Origin: Seison nebaliae
Lineage: Eukaryota
Assembly: GCA_023231475.1 (NCBI GenBank)
Contig: JALJEE010002077.1
Location: 1-61,308, forward strand
Direction of reading: 5' to 3'
DNA: 61,308 bases
A program made the position numbers and the translations under genes. Shown piece after piece: positions 38,830 through 54,800 of the stretch. Each line of letters begins with the position of its first letter. Within the stretch, counting starts at the first letter, position 1. The notes under the pieces are model-generated. The model made no database searches and was not told where the DNA came from. It saw nothing but the letters and a program-made list of their open reading frames with translations.

Positions 38830-38859
<30 letters not shown>
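38830..38859. repeat. (TA)n microsatellite
   Basis: About 15 perfect TA units. Confidence 0.95.
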
Positions 38860-38862
<3 letters not shown>

Positions 38863-41284
38863 ATTCATAGAGACACATAGATATATTGATGTCAATATGT
38901 TATAATGTAAATTCCATAAAACCGAAAGGATTCTTGTATTCACGTCAAACAATTTATTATATTCATTCATTTGAATAGAATGAAATTAAAAACTTACTCT
39001 CTCTATCTTTCTGAAAGACATGTAGACAGTACGATGTTTTGTCGTTCTCTTCTGAGGTAAATGGAAATCAGTTGACATAAAAATATTTTCTATAATTTTC
39101 CTGTGAAATGATGCTTTCTTGATTTCTCTTTACTTCTTTTAATTTACCGTATTCAGAATCAGTGTTGTTCATTTATGTTGTTTAAGGCATCAGTATTCGA
39201 TTTCACCTTAAACTCATCAACAACAGAAGGACTGATAATTGAATCATTGACACTTTCATCCAATTTCTATCCTTCCAATTGCCCAGCCAATTCAACACTT
39301 CTCTTCTCTTTTACTAATGAGCAACTCCGAAGTAATTGAAAGAGGATTGACGTGCAATTTGCATTTCTATCTAAACCGTGTCAATGACAACTTCATAGGG
39401 GAAGGAGCAATTGTAAATGACATGACAGTTCGATGTAAGTGTGAATGCGTCGAACATTTTTTATAATGAGCAACATTGAGATGGACAATTAAGTGGTGGG
39501 ACGGTCAAAAGGAAATGTTAAGCTTTCCATCATCAATAAGTGTTGTTGTTGAAATTTCGAAAAGCGGTTCACGTTGTTGATTCACGGAGGAAGAAATTAT
39601 TCATAATTTATTGATGTGCATCATTTAGATATAAGATCGAGCAAAAATCGATTTATGCCACATAATTTTCAGTATATCATTCACTCAACGAATTCAGTAG
39701 AGTGAATGAAACAACTATTTTTGTCTTCACAATTCGCTTATCTACATCTGTTCAATGAAATGTTCCATTCTTTCGTCTTACATCACCATGTGGTCCTTAT
39801 GTATGCATCATTATTCATATATTCATCATCCACACACGCACACACACATATACACACACAAACACACACAAAAAAGCACACTCACTAACAGATAGGCTCA
39901 AACTCGCCGACATAGAAAAAATAGAGAAGCACAAACGATCTCCATGTACATGGTGAATGTGAGAAAGTAATTATATTGAACGTCATAATATTACGTGTAG
40001 ATGGAATTATTATATTTATCCATCTTCCTCCTTCAACTGCCTGCCCAATTGTCGTGTATTGAGGTTCTGAAAATTTATAAATGAAATTTCCTTTTTTTTA
40101 TTGAAAGATTTTTTTTCGAATAATTTTTTATAATTTCCGTCTATGGAACATCTGCAGTTGCTGTCCGCGTACATGTACAGACAACGCACACTGCTACATA
40201 TAGACAGTTACGGAACATTATATAAATTATGGGAAGAATGTTTCTCTTTCTGAGAAAATTTTGTATTTTCTTCTGCATATTCCTCCATCATTATTCATCT
40301 CATCATTCATCAACACTTTTAGTTCTTCACATGCACCACACATACACACACACGTACATGTACACATATATGTGTACATGGAAACTAACGAACATAGTCA
40401 TCAGTTTTCTTATTTCGATTACAACTCTCCCAAATTCGTTTAGAAGATCCGACTCCTCATCTCGAACGAACATTGCTCATGTTGCGGTTGATTGTCCTCA
40501 AGACAATGCTCTTCTTTCTCTCTTATGCGATAGAGCCATCATCGATAGGATGATGATGGAAGATGTCATCATCCAAATGTCTTCCATATTCGTATCATCT
40601 ATCCATTTCTATCTATCAAACGTCATATTTATTCGAATAACTAAACGTCGGACTAAAGTCGACGAATGGGAATTGAGTTGTCTCTCAACGAGAATCGTCT
40701 CTCACGTTTGATGGGAAGTGAACGAATAGTCCCGTTAATCTGAATGTAGTGAGGAGGGAGTGGTGCCAGATTAAAAGAGAGAAATTGTTTTTTTTTGAAT
40801 AAAATGTAAAAATTTACCGATTCTTCTCTTCATTTTAATGATTTGAAACCTTTAATTAATTGGAACTTTCTTCATTTGTCATTTATTCTCAACTAATTAA
40901 TTTTTCTCTTATTTTAATCTTTAATCAACCATCTGTTTCTCAATCATCTTTTCCAAATGGTTAAGGCACAAAGGTTATTATCATTTATCTTTATTTCAAC
41001 TTTATTTTCGAGAGTGAAGGACATTTTACTTCAGTTATTGATCCGACATTTCATTTATTCGTCCATTAGTCACCCTTATTGAATCGTATCGTTTTTAATA
41101 ATTGTTTTTTTCTCCTTTTTTCAGCGTAAAACAGAAAGCGAATTTGCAGATCATATATGAAGGTGGCATCTATTGTCGAGGAAGACGACGAAGTAAGAGA
41201 TTAAAACGACAAATTTCGTTATGTCGACGAATTGAACGTTACGCGAATACCATAAGTGGTTGGGTCATAGAAGTTGTTGTAGAT

Positions 41285-42606
<1,322 letters not shown>

Positions 42607-43039
42607 TTTTTATGCACTTTCCAAAATCAGTCAATCTCATCATCATCATCATCGTCACGAATATCATCATAATCTCGAGATATTTATTCATATCTCCCAC
42701 TCTCAATCATTCTTCATATCATCTCACAATTATCAATCATTCTTTATTCAACTTTCATTCACTCAACAACAACAACAACAATAATAATACTTTATTGCTA
42801 TTTTCCGATATTTTCAATTAGGATATGTGGAAACCAATTTCTTTAATTCTCAAAAAAAATTATATGTGATGGATTTATATAATGGAATTCTGATGTGTCT
42901 CATATCAACAACATTTCAATAATTTTCATTTCAATTTATTTCAACAAACAATTATATATTTCTTTTCTTGGACAGTCAAATTGATTATAGAAAATATTTC
43001 TTTCGTAAATCATCATTTGTGTTTTTACAGTAATCGCTT

Positions 43040-43070
<31 letters not shown>

Positions 43071-45119
43071 TATACTCATTGGGTTTTCTGACAACACCGA
43101 TTAGTGTAATTGAGAAGAAATTTCAAAAAACCTTTTCTATTGATTCTTCTTAATTTTATCTCAAATAAGTTGACAAGAAAACAATTTCTTTTGTGCATGA
43201 CAACTAATCTCCATTTAATTTATATCATATCAAAAAAACAAAACAACAACAACAACAACAATCCGAGTAACAATAATCGAATTTTATATTTCATCAATTG
43301 CATCTCACTCACTCATTCTCAAATCAAATGAACATTTTATTCTTTTTTCTCCATATTCTATCGCCTTCATCGATCAATTAAACAACAACAATAACACCAG
43401 TAAGTATTCAATAAATTTTTTTCAAGATTCGAAAGTTAGAAAGATAATGAAATTGTTCGAATTCAGAATGTGGAAATAATGTATTCGTCAATTTTTTAAA
43501 ATCTTTTCATATTTCGTCACTGAAGATGATAGTCGTGATCAATTTGAAGATTTCAGAAGAATAGTTCAATCAATTTCAATATTGGAGTCTCGTCCCCTCT
43601 CTCCCTACCCTCAGAGATGAAAATTTTGATTTTGATTAAACATCAACTGAATGATTGGATTATGTAACGAGTGTCATTATTATCAGCATCATCATCACAT
43701 TGACCAGATTGGATTCGATTGTCTAAATTTCATTTAATTCGACATTCCATCCCCCTCCAACATCAGAATCATGAACGACAGTTGAACGTTTGAGATGAAG
43801 AAATTTATTATGAAAATTATTTAAAATATAATTTATTTCAATTTTTTTTCTGACAATTATTTTCCTTGAAAAAACAATGTCATCCATCAATTTATGACGA
43901 TTTCAATTTTAATTTATTCTAAAAGTTTCTCCTATTATATTGTTATTAGTGAATGTTTCTTTTTTTCTTGTTTATGCTTCTTCATTAATTTAATTTCCCG
44001 TCAATTTCTTTTATCAATCCATTTTTCTTTTGGGAAGTCATCACGAAGAAAGAGAGTCTTCTCGTTCCATATGGAATCTAATCGCTCGAACACTCAAAGA
44101 GTGATATCATCATTTGAAAACAATCTCAAAAGAAAAGACAAGAGAAATCTAATTTTTATCCTGTCATCGCTCAGCATATTTATTCTCAATTACAGGAGAT
44201 TAAAAACATCAGAATCCATTTAAATTCCATTCAATATCATCCTTTCATATCCAACATCGGCAAATAGCACCAGACGACGACTTATTTTTGGAAGGAATGC
44301 GAATAAAATCTTCATTCTCTATTTATTTTTATGGGAAAAGAATATCCATCACCATTATCAATCCTTCAACAATTATTGAATTCTTTTCAAAAAAAAAATA
44401 ATTTTTTCTTCATTTATTTTCCTTTTCTGAAAAGAAACTTTTCATCATTTTTCAATATTTCAATTACTATTTATTATCTTCTTTCAACAAAATTTCATTC
44501 ATCGGAAAAACAAATAAAATTGAATAGAAAATCATTCGAAATCAATTTGACATCATCACTTCTCCGATGTCTCATCAATCGATTCAATCTTCCTTCCTCC
44601 TCCCTACTCTACCGATTGTTTTGTTCGATTATCTCCACAACTGTCTAGTTAAAAAACGGAGAGAATGTTTCCGGAAATTACGAATCACAAAGAAAGGAAA
44701 TTTTCATAAAGAACATTCCTAAGAATTCGTAATAAATGAAAGGAAAGGAGAAATATCATGTTGTAAGCAATCGTCTTCCATCTCCATTTCCACATTACGT
44801 GACAGATGATTAGATCTTCTCCCAAATACCAATCGATCAATTCAGAAGACATGCAATTGCCATTGTCCAGATGTGAATTGATATAAATTGTATCAACATC
44901 CATTCACATCGATGTCCTAATAAGAATAATTTAACATTTTCATTTATTTCCTTTCTCTTTCGATTTCTTTTAGTCGATTGCATTTTAGTTAGTTCGAAAA
45001 TTTTTGTTCAACAAATTATTGAAATGAATAAAAACTTATCATCATATTTTTTGATATCCAAATAACTATTCGGACATTTCTTTGAATAAATTTTTTAGCA
45101 GCTGTCGCATTCTTACGCC

Positions 45120-45133
45120 GTTGTTATAGCAAC
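45120..45133. promoter_or_regulatory. Candidate RFX X-box GTTGTTATAGCAAC
   Basis: Matches the 14-nt consensus GTHNYY-AT-RRNAAC exactly. Confidence 0.35.
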
Positions 45134-46049
45134 GTGAGAATAAGACATTCAAAAATTTTGATTGTTTTTTGAAGTTATCAAAGGATACCTTCACTTAATT
45201 ATTCGGAATATTGGAATTATAAACAATTCATTAATGAATTATTTTATCGCACAATCGAGTGGTATCGGATCGAAAGGAAAAGTTTCGATGTTATTTAGGA
45301 GAAGTGGAAACCTTCTCTCATTTGTGAGCGGGCCATCGCCACTCGGAATTTCCGATAAAGAATTAATTGATTTCATTCAAATAAATATGAATATGAGTTC
45401 TGATAATGAGTGGAATAAATGTGAATTGAATAGAAATTTCTTGAGAAACATACGTTTTCCTGTTAATTCTTCGGACTAATCTTTCTTTATTCTTCTTCGT
45501 TCCATTCAATCTCATTCTCAATTCTTCTACAATTTATATTCAATTCATCGATAAACAATTGAACAAGGACAAGAATTTTATTCGCCATTCATATATTTGT
45601 AATTAGATATCCGTTCTTGCTATCTTTTTCTTCCATCATCATTCCATTAGCATGATTAGCTGGAATAATTCTCGTATAATTCCTTCTATTCAATAACTTC
45701 TCTTATTTTGTCGGAAGCGCCTCCAAAAATCCTTTCCATTTCACTTTCCTGATTATATAACACATGAAGTATGATCACATATCTATCGATGTTTATCTCT
45801 TGTTATTAAGGACATTCAATTATCTTCATCTTAATCTATCTACTTCTATCCTTCTACTTTTTTCCATTTACATGAACGAATTCATCGTCAAATTCTATAA
45901 ATTTACTTTTTTTTCTCATTCACTTTTCTCAATTAACCCCCCAACATATATTCGTTCAATCTCCTCATATATCGAATCGTAAAAGAATTAATTAACATTT
46001 TTTAAAATAATTCTTTCCATCACATGATCATTGTCGAGTATTCCGGGTA

Positions 46050-46800
46050 GAACAATTTTTCAGTTTTAGATAAGCAAAATAATTTAGGAAAAGTAAGAAT
46101 GATTGACCGAAACTTCCAACAGAATTTCATAATAAACTTTCATTCGAACCGTTCGACTTATTATTTCACCTACTAAATTCGTCCCGTGCTACAGTTCCAT
46201 TAGTCATTCCATTAAATTTAGTTGCATAAGTCATCGACGAATTACGTTAAGTCGAATGTTGTTTCTTATGTGGAAATTCTCCATCAAATCCATCAACATT
46301 AATATGGCGAGGAGAACCGATAAATGTTAAAGTAATGTCTGAATTGGGGGAAAGCGAAGACATAGAATCAAAAGGAGAAGACAAGTGTGTACCATATTCC
46401 TCCAAGAATCTGACAAGCGACGATTGTTGATTTGAATTCCCCTAGTGAATTAGAAAGCAAATTGTTTCTATTCGTGGTTAGAAGAGTTAAATTTTCGCTT
46501 TTACCGCAAATACGATGACAGATGATTAGTAGTCGAAAATCAATCGATTTGCAAGATTTTCCGAGTTAAGACGATGAGAAAAGAAGTTCGAAAGAGAACA
46601 ATCATCTGCATCTCTATAACTTTCTCCTTTTTCTCTCCCGTTCATTTTCCGTTTTATAGGGAATGGCGAGAAATGAATTCATAAGAAATGATTCGGATGC
46701 AAAATTGTGTTAAATAGAAGAAATGGGACTTTCCTTTCGTAAATCCATTAGTAGCCGCAAATGACGAAATCTCATACGCCTACGAAGGAATTAGTCATAA
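46050..46800 (-). mobile_element. Decayed LTR-retrotransposon integrase core relic
   Basis: FIGSPRHINVDGFDGEF (G.P..I.SDNG.QF-like) followed by GMTNGTVAR (SNG.VER-like). Confidence 0.4.
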
Positions 46801-49800
46801 TTGAAGCAGATTAAATGTGATCGATCCAAATCATTATCGAATAAATCGATGAAATTGAACATTCACCACTATAACTTTCCTCTACTTTCATCCAACAACT
46901 TCTCTCTCTGATCATATGGAGAACACGATCACGAAACACAATCAGAATAGAATGACAATTATCCGCATGAGATAACACGATGTGTTCAAATCGACGTAAT
47001 TGTTAAGTAAAATAAAATTGGACGTTCGTCAACTTCACATAATAATTTTTGTCTTCTTCAAAATTTTCTATAAAATTTTCACAATATATTCTCTTCTATT
47101 ATCTTCCATCCTAACCACTTTTACTACTTCTTTCCCGATTGTCCACTCTGATTATACGTCTTCTTCCTCCTCATATTCTTCCTTACATTCTCTCGAAGTT
47201 ATTGGAGTAAAACGGGGCAGGAACATCAGTTATTGATTATCATTTCATTCCAATTCCCAAATGAGAAAACGGAGTACTCTATTTGTTTATTTTGTCGAGT
47301 AAGAGAAGTAGTGGCGAATTCATGTAAATAATGAAACAATTCGTTGAAAATATGCACTGTTGCCCTTACGTAACATGTGAAGAGGTGTTAGCGATGATAA
47401 AGATAAAAAATTAGATAAATGAAAGGGACGGTTGAAAGGAGATAAAGTGAAGTAAAACTTTATAACTACTTCAATTTCATTAATGTCTCTCTCAATTCAT
47501 CCAATCTATTCGAATCGATTTGAAGAGGAAGAAGTGCATTTTATCTTTATTAATTCTATCATCACCATTTAAGTTTCCATTCATCTGATTAAATTCAATA
47601 TTATATACTGCTACAATTAAAATATTTTTTTTATTTCTCATACAAAAAGAATTTTCGATGAAATGGTCAATTGAATTGAATGTAATATAACTTTAGTTAG
47701 TGATGATGTAATACCGTTCTTCATTTTTAGTTCCTATTATCGGTAATTATTGGTGGTTTGGGGGAATGTGTGTTTGGAGGGAGGTGATATCGTGCAATGG
47801 TCGATTTATACTAGAATTCATGTTAAAATAATTGCTGAGAGGATATTGTTCGACATCAAACGATAGAAATTATAATGAAATGGTGTGAATGTGTTAAAAG
47901 TCATTTGATCTAATGATACGGAAGTTGTCGTTTTGTAGATTCTTTTTATTTATTTGTTCAGAAAATTCTTTTTATTTATCTCAATTTCCTTCATTACCAC
48001 CATCATCACCACCACAACAATATCATCATCAACATTTTCATTTCATTCTTCGAATCGTGTGTACCGAAGGAAGCATTTCAATCGTATCTTATTTCATTCC
48101 AACATCTATTTAGATATCAAACAACATTTTCTGTTCGACCTCGAACATTTGCAATATCATTTCATGTGGAGCATAATGAGAAAAATGAAGAGCTTATATT
48201 GATGATGATGATGTTAGAGCAAATGATAAAATCGGATTTTTTTATTCAAATATTTCCTACTCCTAACATTTAGAAAGAAAAAATATTTTATTGAATTGGC
48301 TCACTACATAGAATTCGAGGAGAGGATAAGGAAACATGCTGTGCTCATGTCTTGCCATTTCGTGACCACTCATCGTCTTTTCCAATTCATTTGGCATTGA
48401 ACTTTTCCTATTTACGTTTAACTTGGCAATCCCAGTTCTTTTAGGTCTCGTCTAATCATTCCTTCTCTTTCGAATGTTTCTTTCAATAGTTTATTCCATC
48501 TTAATATCACGATTTGACTCAATCCACCTTTGCTTTCTTTAACATAACAATAATAATAAGTTTGGTATTAAAGGAATTTTTTAATGATTTCATGAGTGTG
48601 TCTCAAAAGTGTTTATTATTTTTCTTTTTACTTCATTTCTTCCACTCATTATCATTATTCACTTTCGATTTGGACAACGAAAATTTCAGAATTAGCAGGT
48701 GTTCCCCTTCATGTTGTTGTTTTTGTGGGACGACGTGGGGACATCGAATATATAGTGAGATTGGAATTTTTCGTATTGTTTCATCCCAAACTTCATCGAC
48801 TCTTCATTCCTTTCTCTTACTAGAAAACAATTAAGAATTGTTTAGTGGAATGCAATACAAGATAAAACAAAAAAAGTTTTCGTGATTTAGAGAAAATAGT
48901 TTAGGACAATTTTCCTTAATCAATTTCATATTTATTCTTCGATTATTATTTATTTTCTTTTATCGTTCCTTCTTCTTTTTTCTAATCATATTTTTCATTT
49001 TATAAATCTCCTAATTTTATTAGTTTCTAATGTTAACCACTTATCGAACTGTACCATTCACTACACACATTAGTATCAGAAGAAAAAGTTGTATATTTTT
49101 ACAAATAACTCCTATCCTTTACCAGTTGCAGTGAAACAGTTATGATGAAGGAGATTGTAGCAATCGTGGAAAATGAAACTGGCTATTGTTTTCGGTGATG
49201 AAGCAGCTAAGGATGGTTAATGAATTTTCGATGTTGTTTCACTTCAACCATCACCCTCTCCATTTCTCTTGACTAAACTGAGAAAAAGCATTTGGGCAAA
49301 ATATTCATTCATCTTATAATTATCAATTCATATCTATTTACATTATCCTATTCGTCTCAATGATGATGATGATAATGATGATGAAGATGAAGATGAAGAA
49401 GCTGCTTCTTAACTAAAATAATGGTCGTTATAATTACAATAAGTATTGTTGATGATCGGGAATCGAATGAAATCGTAACCATATAAATGATAGTAATGAT
49501 GATAGAGAGGAGAGAAATAAGGAGAATTTCATTTCATTATTTCTCATTTGCCATGTGATAATAGATGAGGTCAAGCACAAAAAATACATTTTTTTCAATT
49601 AACTTCATCACCATCAAATATGTGGATATAATTCAACAAACTACACCACCATAAAAACATGACGATGTACCATCTCAACCATGTTCACATTCATTTACAC
49701 GATTATTTATTAAAGATATTATTTATCATTAGAAAAACCATCAGAATATGAATTGAATATGAATTGAATATGAATTGAATGGATTCAATTTTCAATAGAA

Positions 49801-50449
49801 CCATTTTACCAATCATCCCAAACAGATAGAATGTATTGAGTATATGGTTGGTTAGCTGCATCCTTTTTTCTGTTATCAACACCCTTCCGACTGAAATAGA
49901 TAGGTGAATCATTAGATATGGTTCGTGGTTGTAGGTCTGAGGTTATCACTCCATGTTTACTGACACATGTGCTATGTCGAATTGGAGAAGAAAAACTGAA
50001 TAGTAGGCGCGAAAATAGATCGAATAATCTGAATTGAATCAATCATATTAAAATTATACCTTATTATCTCCAACCTGACACTGTTGAAAAAGGAATCATC
50101 AGACTTCTTGCCAAAACATCACACGAACGTTTCATTTTGATTCATTTTAGATAATATTTTGTGCAATATCTCAGTTGGATCTATAGGTTACTTATAGAGT
50201 AGTTATTCAAGTTTCGAGTTTAAAAGACTGAGAATTTTGCAGGATTATTTTAAGTAATGACAGTCAAACAATTCTTGATAGAAATGGACGAGAAATAATC
50301 TTACGAATTGATGGTTATCCATTAATAAGTGATTATTCTGATTATTCTTTTAAATATCTTTTTATTATCTTTTCCACTTCCATAATAATCCGATGTTTAT
50401 GGAACATCATAAACTATTATCTGTCCACTGTAGAGTATGCACTATTTTC

Positions 50450-51800
50450 GTGACTGATTGTTTTCATTGTGAATATATTATGCAGAAGAAATACTGACGC
50501 ACTTCTTCTCCGATTACCATTATTATTATGCTTTGTTTACGCTTTTTTCATGCCTTTCAAATTGATGAATGGTTCTTTATCAATGACCATCTTCACCCAT
50601 TATCGATCCGTAGATGCACAACAAATGTTTATGGAAGAGATAAGTGTCTGCTCCTCTCATCAGCTATTGATCAATTTCGTCGGCAACTGTTCACATCCCA
50701 ACAATCTTTCCCATAAATCTTTTCCAACAGAACTCTTCGATAAAATTCTGATTCATCAATTTTCCCATATCAGCTGAAGGTTTATCATTAGAAGATGAAA
50801 CGAAATCTTATAGATTCCTCACATTTCTTCCAATTATTTTATCACTACCAACACATTCCTGAGAGAAGTTTCCTATTAATCCCATTAATCTTCTAATATC
50901 ATGTAATGAAAGGGGAAATTAGCAGAAAGAAAGAAGTTGAGCTATTTGATGGATGGTGGAGTCGGATTTTCGACCATTAGAGATTAACTGCTTCCGATTA
51001 TACTTCATATCATTTGTTTCGATTAGATGAATTGAATAGGAATGAATACTTTCCTCTCACCATTTCTCTTTTATCGTAACATTATGAAATACTCGAAGTC
51101 TCTAATAAATTAGAAGTTCCATTATTTAGATATATTCCAATTGAGAAGTGCAGAGAATTGCTGTTGAATGTTAGTAAATATTTCGGGGGAATGCAACGAA
51201 CTGAACATTGGAAGTAAAACATTCGAACAAAATTCCATTCAGCATTCTTTTTTTTTAAAGAATTTCCTTCGTCGTTCTAAGATCAAGGACTTTTCTCCTT
51301 CCTATCTTTGACGTTTATGTTATGTCTTCCCATACTGTGTCATTCATTCCAATTAACAACATTGTAATGTTGTTCAATTCATTGCAATACACCTCCGTTG
51401 ACATTAGATCATTCTTTCTCCTCTCACTAGAGAGAATGTCGCAATCGTGCAATTCCATCATTCATCATCTCACTCTCAGTTCCCATTGACATTGCTATTA
51501 TGAAAATCATAAGAAATTTCCACCTGCCCCTCGAAACCTTAGACCCACCGTCACCATTTCCCTACTTCTTCTCCTTCATTAAACAATTCTCCAAATCGCT
51601 TTATGCGAATTTACTGAAATTATCATCCTGCCGAATATCTCCGATTGTAATTGGAGAAATATGTGAAATTTCAAATTTCTCTCCAACAATTTCCATTGAT
51701 AGTTTTATTCCATACAAGGTAGGAAGTTCTATCAGTGCAAATCTTCACCTATTCCACAAAACAATCTCTATCTAAAGTCCGAAATTTTTATTTATTTAGC
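50450..51800 (-). mobile_element. Decayed Ty3/Gypsy reverse transcriptase relic
   Basis: Fragments in the expected order: GILFECF / PMFSSLHSPEIF, IGIYLNN (YLDD-like), LISNG and PLSLHDIRRLMGLIGNF (RxFLG-like). Confidence 0.5.
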
Positions 51801-54800
51801 AAATTATTGCGAAAAGAGGCAACGACGGAATTAACGACAGGATTATTTCCACCTCAACTAATTGAGATTGATTTCTTTCAATCTGTCAATTATTCCTGAT
51901 AATAAACAATCGTTTCAAATTATTTTTTTTTCTTCGTAAAAATATCGATTTCTTTGATTATTATTTTTCCAAACAGTTTCAGGTAAATTCATCTGCTTAT
52001 CTAAAGTGCACAGTTTCTGCACAAATTTACTATTCACATTTTACAACAATTCTTCCAGTAAGACTATAAACAACAATTTTCAATTTTCTTTATTTATTTT
52101 TCTTTCGATTATGTGTTAAATTAGATTGATTTTCAACGGGAACTCAACTTTCTTCAATTTTCCGCTGACTCCCCTTCAGGTTAAGATTACGCATGTGCTG
52201 TAACAGCTGACGAGTTGTTCGAATGAGAAATAATTGTTGCTGTACATTTTATTAAGGGAAATTTGAGAAAATATCACAATTTTATTATGAGAAACAACTG
52301 CCAGTTTTTCTAATAAATTTTTAATTCCCACATTTGGTTCGTATGTTAAACGCGTTTCTTATATCAAAATTATCAATTTTAATTTTGTTGAAAATTTTCC
52401 GATTTCTTAAAGTTTCTAATAGAAATAGAAAATTGCTGTATTGTAATCGTGATCTTTTTTTTTATTTAATTCGATGTTTCCGGTTGCCGATTAATATTCT
52501 CGTTAGCTGTGTTTAATCAAATGATGAATTGTGGTGAATAAATGTGTTATCATATGATACGATATGGCGTATAAGAAGAAACAAATACATGACATAAAAT
52601 TTAGTCGCACATTTACCCTATCATTTTCACAATACCTATTTTAGTGTAATTATTCGATTTGTGTCATCGTCATAATGGTGATGATAATGCTTATTATTTT
52701 TTCTTGTTCTTAAGATGTAATCAATGGAATAATGTTCATGTAAACAGTATCAGTTTGTCTTATAGTTGCCTATTTCTATTGTGTAAAATAATTTCAATAT
52801 TTGATCAGAAAAAAATGGTAAACAATTTTTCGAGTCTTCTTTGAGGAGGATTTTCTTTCATTTGAAAAGAACCAAAATTGACTATACTCCCAATAATGGC
52901 CAAAAGTTGCTATTTGTGTATATGAATTGGAGAGTGATAAATCAGAAAATCATTCATCAATATTCATCAGAGTAAAAGTGGTTTTTTCAGACGAAGAATT
53001 CAGTGAAATCATTTTTCATGTGATGTTGTGATTGATGCAACATTTTGCCATATTGTCCATAATCATATTTCGGTCGATGATGGCAACAGTACTGAATTAA
53101 TGAGGCGATTGCATACAGTTGCATAAATTAAGTAGAATCATTATGATATGTTTCCTCAAACTGCTTTTTGTCTTAGAGCGATGCACTTGACTATTTGTGG
53201 GAAATCTGGTAAAATCTATCAATATTATTTAATAATTATTGGCATTAACGTATTTGTGCTCCATGTGCTCATGTAGCGAATGTAGCGGCTGTTTATCAGA
53301 TTATTTAATATACACGAAATAGGAAGTAAGTGCGCTAAACGGGAAATGAACATTACTAACGATTCCGCCCAACAATCTACTCATTCTCTTCAAGATGAAA
53401 ATCGACCTAATATTTAGTCTTGTAAAGGAGGAGAACCTAATTATTCATTCATTTATTACTCTTATCGTCAATCATTATCGTGATCGATGAGAGTGCTTTC
53501 ATTTCTTTATTAATAAAAACGAATTTCCCACTTCCTCATTTAATCGGTCGACCTTTATTAATAGTAATTTCTCTTCTATTTCTTCAAACATCTTCTTGTT
53601 CAGGGAGAAACATATTAAACGATTAAGTTTATTCATTCTACAAGAGAAAAAAAAACGATTCTCAAGATATTTCAATATTCTTCCAGAAAGAACGAGAAAA
53701 ATTAGCTAAAACTTGTTTATTTAGAAAGGACATTAACTAACCGATCGAATAATGTGGAGAGGTGAGGAGGAAGTGGACGCAATGGAATTTCCATCTCCAA
53801 TTCCATATTTGGCCGAGTACTTTTCAAAATCCCTTGATGTGATGGAACCGGTATGATATTAACGACAAGTAGTTGCCGCCGAAAAGAAGCATTCCATCAC
53901 TTTGTTTTTGATGGGAAATTACTTTTATTTTAAATTTATGGTGGACTGTCATTTTAATGACAATAAATTTCACGTTTTATTAAAATGAGAGTGAAGGGAG
54001 AGAGGGGGTTGTTGCAGAATTAACTCTCATAAATTTTGGTTTAGATTAATGATTTCGTTCGAACTGGAAATCGGTCATACTTTTTTTCGTTTTCCTATTT
54101 TTATTCATCTAGAAAGAACTTTCGATATCACACCATTTTCACATATACATCATTCGCTTTTATGGACGATTGTCAACTTGTAACGTCTTTTTCCTTTTAA
54201 CCTTCATCCTAATTCCAATATTTATCTTTTCGCCAATATTATACGGTGAATAAATAGAATAATGAATGAGAAGAGAAAGTGACCATTGGCCATCTGCCAA
54301 CAACATCCATCAAAGTGACCTGTGTTGATCTTTGTTTATTTATGGAGAACTCATTAAAATGCAAAGACGTGAATATTTAAAACAGTAGTCGACATCCGTA
54401 GTAATAGTCGTAGTAGTACTAGTCGTAATTCAGTAGGTACTTTCCTTTCTAATTACCATAAAGGACAACGAAGATTGAACGTATGTTCTCTTAAAAAGAA
54501 GAATAAAAAGAAAATTTTTGTCAGAATCTCCTCCAAGGTAACAAGTACTTGTTCCTTGTCGAAATAATTCTGATTTTCCGAATTGGTTGACAATTCCTTC
54601 CACCAATTTTCTCATCGATTCGTTTTTTTTTCCAATGTCGTTTATTCGATATGTTTCTGCATTTCCATCTTTCACGAACATTGTTGAACATTCACTTTCT
54701 AATTAGTTGGTGCGCTCTCCAATTAAGCCATTGGAGGCTGCAGTTGAATAACAGCAGGACACTTTAGAATTGTACCGCATATGTTCACTGTCAATTTGAA

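Noticed and set aside
38500..39700. Possible further Gypsy relic (LAHY- and WA-like fragments); similar hints at 48.3-48.8, 53.7-54.9 and 59.8-61.0 kb
   Set aside because: Too degenerate to support by eye.
41102..41284. N-terminal extension of Gq-alpha in the ORF track
   Set aside because: It starts at a non-ATG codon inside an acceptor region. Homology begins at MPNLCC (41285).
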